DNA from: Eledone cirrhosa
Lineage: Eukaryota
Assembly: GCA_964016885.1 (NCBI GenBank)
Contig: OZ024740.1
Span: 199,082,001-199,146,000, forward strand
Reading direction: 5' to 3'
DNA: 64,000 nucleotides
In this document: in pieces, positions 1 through 12,842 of the stretch
Numbering within the stretch: position 1 is the stretch's first letter
Layout of the letters: every line of letters starts with the position of its first letter
The notes under the pieces: generated by a model
Told to the model about the DNA's origin: nothing
What the model saw: only the letters and a program-made list of their open reading frames with translations
Databases searched by the model: none
Program-made: the position numbers and the translations under genes

Positions 1-1557
1 ATAAATTCGATGAATAGTAACAATTTGAAAAGAGGAATAAGAATAATAGCACAAAGAAATTCAAAACAATTAAATCTAATTTAACCAATTCCTTGCATAC
101 AGAGATTGCATATAAGTAAATAAGTTTATACTAATTTCTAATTCACCGTGTGTATAAGATTTGCGTGTCTCTGTTACATCTCTCATGAAAACTCATTTAA
201 TTTAAGTTCCAAAACTATTTTTATGCATCTTCATGAAATATTCATGTCTCAATGGAATGATTGGAGTCAGTTTTATATTTTATCTATATTTTTTCTCTGT
301 GCTTACTGATTATTTTCATGCGTCATGGCTATTGCTTCCCTCAATAATCCTCTTAGTTAAGTGTTGTCGGCTTTTGTTTTCCTGTCTGTTTTATGTCGTA
401 TGTTATAGTGTATTTTGTGGCAGTTGGTTGACCATGGTCAGTTGGTGGCATGATGTCGTAATTGCTGCGCTATTATGACAGTTAGCAGTAAGATATTTCA
501 AGCATGCTTTCGAATTTATAACCCAAACCTGCCACCAGAAGCTTCTTCGCGGCTTTACATGCTTAAGGTTTGTTAATGATAAAACATTTTAAATTTTAGT
601 TTTCTTGTAATATATACTATCCTCCGGGGAAACGCGCCTTCTCCATTCTGTCCGCCGGGGCTGTGTGCGTGTGTGTGTGTGTGTGTGGGGGGGGGGGGGC
701 AGCATGTGGGACCCCATTTTACCACCATACGGAGAGATGGGCAGGGACAGAGAGATGGAGGCGATGACAGTGGGAGTTCGGCTGTTCTTTCATGTTTGCT
801 TATGCTACAATTGCATTGTGATAGAAGCTGTGATAAGATGAGATATATACTTATTGTCATGTCTTGCTTTGTTGCAATTCATTTTGTATTCAGTTTGTTC
901 GTGTTTTTCATAATGTATTCAACTATTTTATTTTTATTATACATTGATACGCATAATACATTTTTTCAGGATATATATGTAAAGTTCTGTGGTAGCATTG
1001 TTCTATGGAGGTCTATTCCCTTTTAGCATACCCATCATCTAATTATGTATTTTATCAGCAAATTTATTTCTCTTTGGGCTTTGGTGTTTCCATGTAAGTG
1101 TACATATCTCCTTTTGGCTTTATTATTTATAACCGTAAATTTAGAAACAGAAACATCGTTCAGTGGAATTATATTTATAGGAGGATTATTTGTAATATTC
1201 AAAATGTCGATATTTAATACAGAGTTGTTTTCTAGGAGGTTCTTTCAGTTAACATCGTCACAGGCGTTTCTATTACTATTATTATATTATGGTTATACAT
1301 ATTGTATACTATATCAATATATGTACATATCAGATTGTTATGATCTTGAAGAACACAGCAAAACATGTGCCAAAATAACGAAACATCGGATAATCAATAT
1401 AATTTGCCTGTAAACGGCTGAGCGTACTTCTGTTTTACAGCACTGATATGTTCCGATTATTAACCTTTAGTGCAGGTAGGTTTATTTTTAGGTTTTTCAA
1501 TCTATTACATAAAATCAGTTGTACATGCCGTGGAAGCAATTGTGTGTGTGTGTGTGT

Positions 1558-1588
<31 letters not shown>

Positions 1589-1597
1589 AGTGTGTGA

Positions 1598-1815
1598 GGC
1601 GTGTGGCTGAATGGTTAGAGAATTGGATTCGCAATCGTCAGGTTGCGAGTTCGATTCCCGGACCGGGCGGTGCGTAATGTCCAGGAGCAAGACACTTTAC
1701 TTCACGTTGCTCCTTCTACCTGGAGTTGCGACCGATAGAGAGTTCTAGCAATTAGAAAGACCATTGAAAACATCGTTTCCTTGGTCCGATTTGACAAAAG
1801 TCTATCGAAAATGTC
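1598..1815 (+). mobile_element. tRNA-derived SINE, family 1 (CORE/Meta-like central domain)
   Basis: A box TGGCTGAATGG (1604-1614), B box GAGTTCGATTCC (1647-1658), then GTCCAGGAGCAAGACACTTTACTTCACGTTGCTCC; ends at (AT)n; reverse copy at 33155-33364. Confidence 0.85.
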
Positions 1816-1944
1816 GATATATATATATATATATATTTATTTATATACATAAATAAATAAATTGACGGAGTTATAAACTCGCGTTGGTCCTGTAATTTAT
1901 GAGCTCAAAGGAAAGAGAATCCTGGCCTCTTCAAATACAATATA

Positions 1945-2610
1945 TAAAAAAAACATAATACACGAGTGTGTGTTTATCAATGTACAGGGAAAACCACCAG
2001 TGCATGGAATCTATAAACTAAGAAAGGTGAGGTAGATGCATAATAATAAAAAATAAAAAAATCCCAATGAATTTTCCCACCTTTATAACTATATATCACA
2101 AACGTACACACTCAAAGAGATTAGTATCGCCAAAAGATTAGTGTATGGAATGAAACAACCGGGTTCATCAGCGTGCACGTTAAGGGAATACATTCCAGAC
2201 AACTCTAAGAGAACTTAAGATAGCCGCCTTGTAACACGTAGTAGAGAGAAGGAAATGTGTGCATGGGACAGTAAAGTAGTGGGTTGTGTGGGATGATCCG
2301 CTAGAAAACCGCTAGCCGGTTATCTTAAGTTCTCTTAGAGTTGTGTGGAATGTATTCACTTAACATGCACGCAGATAAACCTACGTGTTTCATTCCATAA
2401 ACTAATCCTTTGGCGAAACAAATCTCTGAGTTTGTACGTGTGCGATATATAGTTATAAAGGTTGGTAAATTCATTGTGATTTATATTTTCCATCATTATG
2501 CATCTAACTCACATTTCTTGTTTTATAGATTCCATACTTCCATACACTGGTGGTTTTCCCTGTACATTGATAAACACACACTTTTTCTCGTGTATTATCT
2601 TTTCTATATA
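1945..2610. mobile_element. Non-coding foldback element; two diverged inverted arms, each with a decayed hammerhead motif
   Basis: About 1945-2230 is the reverse complement of about 2313-2610, with an ~80 bp spacer. Left arm keeps CTGATGA (TCATCAG 2165-2171); right arm keeps GAAAC...GTA (2415-2436). Confidence 0.75.
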
Positions 2611-2650
2611 TCGCTCGTATACAGGCCATTTATCGCTCGTGTACAGGAAA

Positions 2651-2746
2651 CTGACTGGCCAGGTTGCTGATATGCAAATCTGGCTGATCAGTGGATCTGC
2701 TAATATGCAGATCTAACTGATCAGCCAGTCTGCTAATATGCAAATT
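2651..2746. repeat. ~33 bp minisatellite, 3 copies, with octamer-like motifs
   Basis: Units end in tgctgatATGCAAAT, tgctaatATGCAGAT and tgctaatATGCAAAT. Confidence 0.7.
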
Positions 2747-2819
2747 AGGCCGGTCAGTCACTGTGTATTTATGAAAATAGCATATATTTTAACAAGGTCT
2801 GACAGTTTGGCAGGTGAAC

Positions 2820-3010
2820 AGTGAGCTGTACTGATGAAGGGTGATAACCAGAAAAATTAGTGTCTGCAATTCTGTACACATGCCAACACAAGAGCAAGAA
2901 TGAAGGGTTCAATCTACTAACATGGCTATAAAATTGAGGGTTGTTTGCATAATTGCAAACGAATCGAATGTTATTATTAATATTCGAAAAACTCAGATTA
3001 TCTTTATTGT
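2820..3010 (+). mobile_element. pLTR-like fragment with decayed hammerhead; second copy at ~55505-55665
   Basis: ctgta CTGATGA agggtgataacca GAAA aattagtg TC tgca (2826-2868). The downstream atgccaacacaagagcaagaatga...gtttgcataatt is shared with 55540-55660. Confidence 0.6.
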
Positions 3011-3088
3011 ATCCAGCAATGTAGAGCGAACATTTTCTTTTGTATATATATATATATACACACACTCACACACATATATTATATATAT

Positions 3089-3303
<215 letters not shown>

Positions 3304-3419
3304 ATTAAGTATCGAGAGAGAGAAAAATAGAAAGATAGGTGATACATATATTTAGTTGCCAATAGTTTATGCACATGTGCTCAATACTCGTACCTACAGG
3401 TTTAAATATTAAAGGCGTC

Positions 3420-4655
3420 AATATTTAGTGGGCGAGAAAAAAAAAGCAGAGCGATTATAAAGGAAATGAATACAAGGAGCTTAATACCGTTAGAACTTGT
3501 TTATATAACAGTGCACCTACGTACGTTTCGCCCGGAATGGGTTTATGAAGGGCATGGAAAACAAAACAACGATTAATATAGGGCGCAGGAGGTATTTCAC
3601 GGTTAAATTAACATCATAGTTCATTCTTCCCCTCTGTGCATGTATTGTTATTATCGCAGAGCAAGCGGAGTAACTCGGGCCGGTGTTCAAACAATCCATT
3701 CCCATTTAGATCTGTATACCTGTTCATATGCTGTCTTTAGCATCTTTAGATATGTGTGTTGATTTACTAGTGCCAGTACAGGTCGGGTCTGGGGTGTGCA
3801 TTTATTATTTAGTGGATGTTACTTCACTAATGCTCCATGAGCAGATTGCCTTAGCTTTGTGTTCCTGAAAGAGTGGAGATGCGTTGTAAATATCGTTTTA
3901 AACTGGCCAGAGGTGGCTCCTATATATTGTTTAACTCCGGTATGGCTAGTTACGGTACACCTATAAATAACCTTATCAGTCAGGCAGTTTCCTCGGAGAG
4001 GGTAGCCTCCCCTGTCACGACAGTTGCATTTTCCGTCACGGTCGCTCCTAGTTCCTGAAGTAAAGCTATTACTATTGCTACCTATGATGTTATCTATGTC
4101 TCTAACTCGGTCATTGGTACTGTTATCACTCGAGGCGTGCAGAGTTGTACCATTATCACTCCGCACGCCGTTCTGTTGCCGGTGGTTGACAGTGTGGGGC
4201 ACCGGTATATTCCCCAATCACGCCCTGGTTACGTGGGTTTCGTCTGCCGGGGCTGCCACCAAACCTATTTGGTGCTGTTAGGGGGATGTTAAGGTTATTA
4301 GTGTTGTTGTCAGGTCTAGATCTATCTGGGCTAAGGTGTAGTGTTTTGTTGATCTCACTGTGATTAGTTGCTCCTATGATGTCAGCTAGATTGGGGGTGG
4401 TAGAGAAGGATATTTTGATATTGTTCCTGTTAAGTATTTTTCTCTATTTATGATTAGGTGTGATATTCCACTCCAAGGCTTCGGAGAATATCCTCGGTAT
4501 GTTGGAGGCCACACTCCGAGAGTAGGGTGGTGGAGCCATAGGATATTACGGTGACGTGTCCACTTTACAGTGGGTTTGCTACAGTTTGTGCTTCCTAGTT
4601 GACAGTACTTACGGTTGTTCCTGTGCTGTAGCCGGTTATGCCTCCCCATTACTTT
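3420..4655 (-). mobile_element. 5'-truncated, decayed Penelope-like element (linker, GIY-YIG, 3' pLTR)
   Basis: ORF 3819-4217 has CNCR..YPLRGNCL..VIYRCTV..QYIGATSGQFK..HLHSF. Decayed HHR at 3511-3556; 3' region homologous to 23730-24560. Confidence 0.85.
3819..4217 (-). pseudogene. PLE GIY-YIG endonuclease fragment
   Basis: VIY...YIG motif preceded by the Cys-rich CNC...CL linker typical of this PLE lineage. Confidence 0.8.
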
Positions 4656-4659
4656 AAGT

Positions 4660-4942
4660 TCAGGTAGGGGCGCCTTCTTTCCGTAATTTTGGTGTGGCTA
4701 GACCCGAGTCTGATGGTGTTGGTAATAGGCCGCCACCGTTGCTGATCCTATAGTTAGGGAATAATTCCAATAAGCTGCAGCGGGTGGCGTTACCAATCGG
4801 CGAACACTTACCATACTGTCGAAACGGCTTGAGCTCAGCCGTCGGGGTCTTACTGGTTCCTATTACCCATTCTACTACCCTAAGTATTGAGTACTTTGGT
4901 GCGTTATGGTCCACCTGGTTCCTTACCACATTTCCTTCGTTA
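4660..4942 (+). mobile_element. pLTR-like segment with partly deleted hammerhead (long stem II)
   Basis: GAAAC ggct tgagctc agcc GTC ggggtct; stem I partner agaccc at ~4700; long intervening hairpin (ttggtaa..cgccacc / ggtggcg ttaccaa); CTGATGA missing at the expected place; ends in (TA)n. Confidence 0.6.
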
Positions 4943-5214
4943 TATATATATATATACATATAGGTCTGGCAACTACCTTCATCACACACTCATCTCCGCA
5001 CATATAGCCATTTAAATAACATATTAGGCATTGTTGAACATTCGCTTGTTAAACGAAATTGCAATTTTGTTTAGTTATAAAAGAGAATAAGGATGAGATG
5101 GATTTGTGTGTATTTATTTACAGTCTTCAGTAGATTGTGAAATTCATTAAATTATTTTGTTGCATTGTATATATGAAAATAAAAAGGGTATATGATATAT
5201 ATATATATATATAT

Positions 5215-5418
5215 AGGAAAAAATAGGAAAAAGTATGACCCCGACGGAAGAGTTCAAGCCGTTTCGACGGCTATTTCTGGACTGTCCTGGAATAGACGCC
5301 GAAACGGCTTGAGCTCTGCCGTCGGGGTCATACTTTTTCCTATTACCCACTCTAATACCCAGTATTGAGTACTCTGGTGCGTTATTGTCCATACGGTTCC
5401 TTACAACAACTCCTTCGT

Positions 5419-5420
<2 letters not shown>
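5215..5420. repeat. Mini-foldback of the same pLTR terminus between two (TA)n tracts
   Basis: 5222-5280 is an inverted copy of 5286-5344; the right arm continues to the family terminus at ~5420. Confidence 0.75.
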
Positions 5421-5494
<74 letters not shown>

Positions 5495-5864
5495 GAAACA
5501 CACAGATACATGCGGACACACACATATATACATGAATGCATCCGCACCCAACTGTGAGTTAAGGGTGCCAACTTCATGTATCTGTGTGTTTCTAAATATA
5601 TTAATAACTCCCTCTGGTCGAGCAATCTTTGAAGTGTGGGGACAACTGGAAAGCTTCCATTACTCATACTTCTCGCCTTCTTCACTACCTCTTCTGCGGC
5701 CTCGATGTGAATACCCCCTCCGCCTCCGTGGTATTTTCTTCGTGGTTATAAGAGGCTTAGCTCTGTTTCTCGACCGTTATATCGCGTGACTGTCTCCCCC
5801 TCCGCCTTTTGGGATTCTTTCTCGCGTCGTGTAGACGCGTTCTTGAGACTAGTAAAATGAGGTA

Positions 5865-5952
5865 TCCTCTTGATAAGTCGGCAGACCTCGCAAGGACTCT
5901 ATATCTTTGATATATTGTTTTTGTTTATGCCACGAAACTACGTAGTCGAGGA
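5865..5952 (+). ncRNA. Type I hammerhead ribozyme, U3-A8 core variant
   Basis: tcctc TTGATAA gtcggca...tgccac GAAA ctacgtag TC gagga: 5 bp stem I, palindromic stem III, GUC triplet. Confidence 0.75.
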
Positions 5953-6455
5953 ATTTAGGAACAGTTTAGGTATGATACATTTTATTACTAATTATATCTA
6001 AATGTTTCTTCTCTCTTCATAATGTATTTTTAACTCTGATACTGGTTCAGTCTGGTTCAAACTGAATTAGTCTGTCCCAGTCATTCATTGAGCAACATCG
6101 GTGAAGTTGGCACCCTTAACTCACAGTTGGGTGCGGATGCATTCATGTATATATGTGTGTGTCCGCATGTATCTGTGTGTTTCTAAATATATTAATAACT
6201 CCCTCTGGTCGAGCAATCTTTGAAGTGTGGGGACAACTGGAAAGCTTCCATTACTCATACTTCTCGCCTTCTTCACTACCTCTTCTGCGGCCTCGATGTG
6301 AATACCCCCTCCGCCTCCGTGGTATTTTCTTCGTGGTTATAAGAGGCTTAGCTCTGTTTCTCGACCGTTATATCGCGTGACTGTCTCCCCCTCCGCCTTT
6401 TGGGATTCTTTCTCGCGTCGTGTAGACGCGTTCTTGAGACTAGTAAAATGAGGTA

Positions 6456-6543
6456 TCCTCTTGATAAGTCGGCAGACCTCGCAAGGACTCTATATCTTTG
6501 ATATATTGTTTTTGTTTATGCCACGAAACTACGTAGTCGAGGA
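6456..6543 (+). ncRNA. Type I hammerhead ribozyme, U3-A8 core variant (unit 2)
   Basis: Same sequence as 5865-5952, shifted by 591 bp. Confidence 0.75.
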
Positions 6544-6714
6544 ATTTAGGAACAGTTTAGGTATGATACATTTTATTACTAATTATATCTAAATGTTTCT
6601 TCTCTCTTCATAATGTATATATATATATATATATATATACATATATATAAATATATATACACGCACAAAAACACACACATACACACACACATATATATAT
6701 ATAAATATATATAC

Positions 6715-6761
<47 letters not shown>

Positions 6762-7568
6762 ATATATATTCATGTGTATGTATGTGCCCGCATGTATCTG
6801 TGTGTTTCTCTATATACTGTTTATAACTCCCTTTGGTCGAGAAACCTTTGAAGTGTAGTAACTGCTGGATAGCTACCATTACTAATACTTCTCGCCTCCT
6901 CAAACCACCTCTTCTACGGCTTTGATATAAATACCCGCTCCGCCTCCGTGGTATTTTTTTCAGGGTTATAAGGGGCTTAGCTCTGTTTCTTGACCGCTGT
7001 ATTACGTGATTGATCCCCCTCCGCCTTTTTGAGAGGGCTAATTTTTAGTCCCATAAAACCGGCTGCTATTTTTAGCGGCACGAGTATGCGACGAGCTAGG
7101 CGGTGTGACACATATGCGTTCAACAACACATTTCTTTCAGTGTTCTTAAGTATTTTGAAGTGAAACTTACCAATTCCTGGATAACTGCGAAACAAATTTA
7201 AAATTTGTCCGGCTATTGTCAATAGAGGTTTGTTTTTATTGATTTATTATTTTAAATTGAGACAGGCAAACCGTATTATTTTAATTAGTATTTTTCAATC
7301 TAGCTAACTTGGTCATTTGAAATGCGAAGACATGTATACTTGTATCAGTGTTTATCCCTATCATATATTCATTTGTATATATATATATATATATATCTAT
7401 GTATATATACATATATGTATCTATGTATATATATATATATGTATCTATGTATATATATATAATATATATATATATGTATATATGTATATATATAATATAT
7501 TTATATATGTATCTATGAGTATATATATATATATGTATATATTAAAAAAATATATATATGTATCTATG

Positions 7569-7621
<53 letters not shown>

Positions 7622-8069
7622 TTATATATAAAAAAAATATATATATGTATCTATATATATCTGTTAGACACGCATGACTACCAACCGAGTGTTTTACGTC
7701 TGCGTGTCTGACATATATGCGTAGCTTGTGAATAAAACATTCAAGGGGTGTCGCTGGCCGTGGTGATTGCTGCCAAACACATTTTATAATGTATCGTCTT
7801 ATTGGCTAATTTCATAGTGGTATTGGCTAATAATTGGCTAATAATTGTTGCTCAAAAGCATCCGCCATTTTGTTTGCTCGTTTAATTATCGTTTCGCTTT
7901 CGAATCTTCCTCCTGTGTTTCATCGTTTATCATTAAAATATTTTCCCTATCCTTGACTTTCTTAACATTTTGAATGTTATATGCTCTGCTACATGAACCG
8001 CTAACAGGTGTTTGCTCCTAAGAACAGTGGATGGTAAAGTGCATCGAGCTTCCCCATCTCACCAATGGA

Positions 8070-8260
8070 AATTTTTATTTCTACTTTTTGCACAGGCCAG
8101 CAATTATTCCAGTGTATTACTGGTGCTTTATTTTATCAACTCCATAAGGATGAAATGCAAAGTTAACCTCGGCGGGCTTTGAAATCTGACCGTAAAAGGC
8201 CATAACGATATGCTGCAAAGCATGACCTCCGACCGTCTACATATACTGCCTATCCATCAC
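8070..8260 (-). mobile_element. tRNA-derived SINE, family 2 (octopus-type), diverged
   Basis: Reverse complement of 31435-31625 (ggatgaaatgcaaagttaacctcggcggg). Confidence 0.75.
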
Positions 8261-8302
8261 TGGTATATATTATACATACATACAAACATATACACCCCCC
8301 CC

Positions 8303-8371
<69 letters not shown>

Positions 8372-8389
8372 TATTTTAATATGTCATTT

Positions 8390-8907
8390 TAATCAAAGGG
8401 TTCCCGGGGGCACAAAACCCCGCTGAAAATTCTCTCCCTTCGATTTTTCTGGAATTTAAACCATAGGTAAATGGCAAGATATGATGCCCTTTCACAACAT
8501 TCCAGCAAATTTCAATAATAGTAAGACACCCTAATGGGGGTTAAACACGCTATTAGGCTTTCCCGGAGGCACAAACCCCCGCTGAAGATATTTTCCCTTC
8601 GATTTATATGAAATTTAAACCATAGGTAAATGACAGGATATGATGCCTAATCACAAAAGATTTGAATTGATATTTTTAAAACAATTATTTACAAGAAACG
8701 AAATAAGAATAAGATATAATGTCATTTTGATTTAATATATTACAAAAAATAATGTTTTCCAATGTTTCATGCATTACATTTTACATTGAGTAATATTGAA
8801 ATGCAGAATTTTTCTACATAAATTATATCACTGATTAAAAATCAATCATCATTTTCTTACAAAAAAAGAATGTGTTAACCGCAGCAAGGCGTGGGTAATT
8901 CGGCTAG
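8390..8907 (+). mobile_element. Non-autonomous Helitron, 3' portion
   Basis: Subterminal hairpin accgcagcaaggcgtgggt followed by CTAG|T at 8904-8908; internal ~160 bp tandem repeat (8400, 8560); 5' end not located. Confidence 0.55.
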
Positions 8908-9708
8908 TATATTAGTCTACGACTTCATATAACATGAACGTGGTTTTGTCTTTGCGTGTAATTGTTTTCACCTCTCCAAATAATAACGTTTTCACTTTCG
9001 TTCTTTGCCAGGGAACGTTTCACGAACCAAAGTATCGTCTTCCTGTCTTCCTTCGGCTGCAACCTTTTTCGAAATATTTACTTCTGCGTTCACAGATTGA
9101 TTTTTTTAGTTTCAGGAAATCCCGTTAAGTGTGAAAGCAGCGATTCTTTGCTTAACCTTTAATCTATTATTTTAATAAATAAATATATATATATATATAT
9201 ATATAAGTATGTATTTGTGTGTGTATATGTGTATATGTATGTATTTGTGTGTGTATGTGATATGTGTTTGTGAGTCAGGCAAATGCGTAACTGCTGTTCC
9301 AAGACATTCGCCGTTCTAAGCACTCGAACCGGTTACAATGGTTCTGTAGAGTGTACAGTATAAATAATGTTAAGTAGTATCGAAATCAATGTCAATGTTG
9401 CACAATACATACACTCTATATTGGCATATTACATTCGTGTCAATATCGATCAGATATGCGAGGTCGATGTACAAAACAAATCCAAACTGTGCTTGAATGT
9501 GTTTTTGCATATTTTATCTCGCATATCTGATGAGATATTGAGGCAGCGTCTGTCCCGAATTATTATGATTGAACACCGAGCTGATCGATATTGAAACGAT
9601 TGTAACATGCCAATACAGTTTATATCTATGGTACAACATTGTCATCGATCATGATTACATTTATATATATATACATACACAAACACACATATATATGTAT
9701 ATATTCTA

Positions 9709-9741
<33 letters not shown>

Positions 9742-9784
9742 TTTATTTATATGTATATATATATATAGACATATATATAGAGAC

Positions 9785-9849
<65 letters not shown>

Positions 9850-10376
9850 TAAATGTATGTATATATTAAATTAAAATACATGGAAACCAATGTTTATTGA
9901 ATGTACACATGTTTATGAAAGCGTTTGCGTTTTTATTATAGTATACGGATTTTTTTTCTCACTGTACATAACTCTACCGCAGTGTATCCATTCATTCCTG
10001 TACATATTTTAATTGGATTGATAGCTTATCTTAAATACTCCCATGATGTTTGGAATAAACGTGTTACGTTGAATTGCGTGTATATCTGCATTTACAAGCT
10101 TTTTTTGGCAAAATAAAAATGAATATAGTGTTTGCAGTTTTATTATAGGATGCATACTACCATTCAATTGTCATTCAATAACATTCTAATGAAAAAAATA
10201 AGATGAAATACATTGGGAAATTTCTCATAAAAATACATCCATCTATATCCAGGGATAAACATATATGAAAGTCACACAAAAATGCTATTACTCATAAATA
10301 AAAGCAGAAAGATGAGCAATCATATATAAAAATAAACACACCTACATCGGCACACAAGTGCCTATGTTTATATATG

Positions 10377-10429
<53 letters not shown>

Positions 10430-10459
10430 AACAAAAGATGGTTAAAAGAGTTCCATGTA

Positions 10460-10528
10460 TTTTATTATGCGCGTTTCAAAAACAAATATCATCATGCAAT
10501 AATATTTGTGTTTTCATCAGATAAAACA
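10460..10528 (-). ncRNA. Hammerhead ribozyme in PLE-A left pLTR
   Basis: gttttat CTGATGA aaacacaaatat...atatttgttttt GAAA cgcgca TA ataaaat. Confidence 0.65.
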
Positions 10529-11411
10529 GGAAGACATGATATGAAGGTTAAAAAACACTTGTGGATAGTTCAGTTTTAAATCAACATATGAGAAGTAGTT
10601 TTAGATTGATGTGTGATATTGGGAAAAATATTTTATTTAGAGGGGGGGGGGAGATGAAAAAGAGGAGGAGATGAGAGTAAAAAGTGGAGAGGGAGGAGTA
10701 TAATGAGGAAGGATGAGATAGGAGGAGAGATGGGTGATAGAGAGAGAGAGATAGCTTTTATAACTGAGAAAGATATATTGTTTTACATAGAGAGGTTGAA
10801 AACCGTTGGAAGATAATGTATAAATTAAAAGAATTTGAAAATTAACGAAGAGAAAAATAATGTAAAGTTAAGGTTTGTATATTGATGAGTTTGATAATAT
10901 GTGCGATGAAAAAGAAAATGTTAATATGTATTGAGAATAATATTTAAGGGTTTAATAATATGTGCGATGTTAAGAAAATGTTGATATGTATTATTAAAAG
11001 GAACAACAGGTTATTTAAGTAAGGAAATATTGAGATGAGCATGAATGAGTTAGATGAAAGGCAGAAAAGATAATGAATTGAGGATGAATAATCTAACGTC
11101 AAAAAAATGTATATGTTTACGAAGGATTTTTACAAGGTGATATAGAGTAAGAATGTATTGTATTATGTAATAATTGATTCTATGTCAGGCAAGAGTGAGA
11201 AAAGGTACAGATTAGGGGTTAGACATTAAAAGAAGAAGAGAAGAAAGGGAAGTGATAAATAGGAGCGATGTAGAATGAGTAACAAGTATTATAGAATGTA
11301 TAATAAGCTTTGAAATAAGGTAGAAAGATGGGTATATTTTTAAAAGAAGTGTATATATATATATATATGTGCCTTTGAGAAAAAGATTCTAAATTGATAA
11401 AGAATTGAATA

Positions 11412-12842
11412 TTAGCTGTTTACTTTGTGAAATGTTTTATGGAATTCATGCAAGCAGATAGAAAACAAGTCAGTGCGTCTATTTATTATAGAATCTAAAT
11501 TAGAAATAATGGTAAATTTTTCATTTAGACAGAGATTGCAAATTTTGGATAGAGAACTGTTCAAGTTGTTCAAGTATGGAGACGCAGAAGAAACGTTCTT
11601 CCAAAAGATGCTATATTTAATATTTTTGTCTTTCAAGGACCATATGAGTTCTGAGAGAGCCGTGTTGGTTCGTTTAAGTTTGTATTTAAAAGACGAATGA
11701 TGGTTATAAAGACGAACTTTAAAAGAGATGGAAGTGGAGCCAAAATAGGTGAAGGAATTGGTGTCAGTTATAACTTTACATTCGTAAATTAAGTTGTTAT
11801 CAAGACAATGGTTGTTGAGAGGACATTTATTTTTAATAGGGCAATTGCAATTGCGATTAGAGAGATTATTAATGAGTGACCTAGTGTTATCTATAGAAGG
11901 AATTGGATTGGAGAAGTTATTTGCGATAGGAATAATAGTTTCTTGATTTAGAATGGGATTAAGAACATTTAGCGAAGTTGTGTTTGACGTTGTATTTGGG
12001 TTTGTAGAAATTAGCCTAGGGTTTACAATGACGTCGGGAGTACTATTATTATGATATTCAGTGTTGGAAGGAAGAGATTTAGTATTTAGTATTTTATTGT
12101 TGTGTTTAGAGATAATGTTGGAAATGTTGGAGGATGTAGAATAGGAACATTTTATAGTGTGTTTGTTAAATATTTTACTATAGATATGTGAGTGAGGGAA
12201 GCATTTATTTAAGGCGCTAAAGAATAATTTAGGAATATTGTTATTAATAGAGATGGAGAAAGGAGCATTATACCAGATTATGTTTTTGTATCTAGGTCTT
12301 TTATTAAAGTTATTGGAATGATCAGGATTAATTATTCTACTGTAATTTCTTCTAGAATTTGTTTCTTTACTATATTTGATTTTATCAGGATAGCCGGCTT
12401 TAGAAAGCGCGTTATTATAGTAATTGGCGTTAGCATCAAAGATGTTTTTATTAGAAGATAGGTTAGATATTCTTTTTCCAATATTACTAACTATAGCATT
12501 CTTGATATTAGTAGGATGGTTAGATTTAAAGTTAACATAATTTAGGTTCTCATTGTTTTTATGGTAAGGGTAATATAGGCCAGTGTCAAGATTAAGAGAT
12601 ACATCCAAGAAATTAGCTAGTTTGATGCTGTTATCAAATTCAATTTTTAGGTTATGTTGGTTAAATAGATTACGTATATTGTTCTTCATAATATTAAGGT
12701 TAACTATGTTGCAATTTAAGATAGTAAAGAGTCCATCGTCACGATAAATTCCACCGCGAAATTGATGAATTTTCCGACTCAAAGAGTTCAAAATAAAGAT
12801 ACCAATTAAATCTGTCAATTGGGATGAATCGGATGCTCCCAT
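11412..12842 (-). pseudogene. PLE RT C-terminal half, thumb and GIY-YIG endonuclease (5'-truncated, frameshifted)
   Basis: YRDD catalytic motif; endonuclease motif LIYECKV...TYFGST..FKVRLYNH; C-terminal CNLCLNEK...C.H. Confidence 0.9.

Larger units (their letters stand above)
5491..6616 (+). mobile_element. Retrozyme-like tandem array, 591 bp unit (~1.75 copies), with an inverted 5' fragment
   Basis: Sequence from 5575 recurs at 6166, apparently identical. 5491-5575 is the reverse complement of 6103-6188. One HHR per unit; flanked by (TA)n; diverged partial copy at 6770-7030. Confidence 0.8.

Noticed and set aside
600-1400. Possible ancient PLE relic and HHR-like TTGAAGA...GAAAC at 1346-1395
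   Set aside because: No convincing protein motif; stems and cleavage triplet do not fit.
1598-1670. tRNA gene (also at 31435 and 33290-33364)
   Set aside because: The A and B boxes continue into SINE bodies present in multiple copies; no complete cloverleaf.
5532-6380. Duplicated 75-85 aa ORFs as a small gene pair
   Set aside because: They arise from the 591 bp repeat, have different chance start codons and show no recognisable domain.
7030-8060. Possible DNA transposon ends (gggctaatttttagtccc; hairpin at 7665-7713)
   Set aside because: No matching partner TIR or TSD could be identified.
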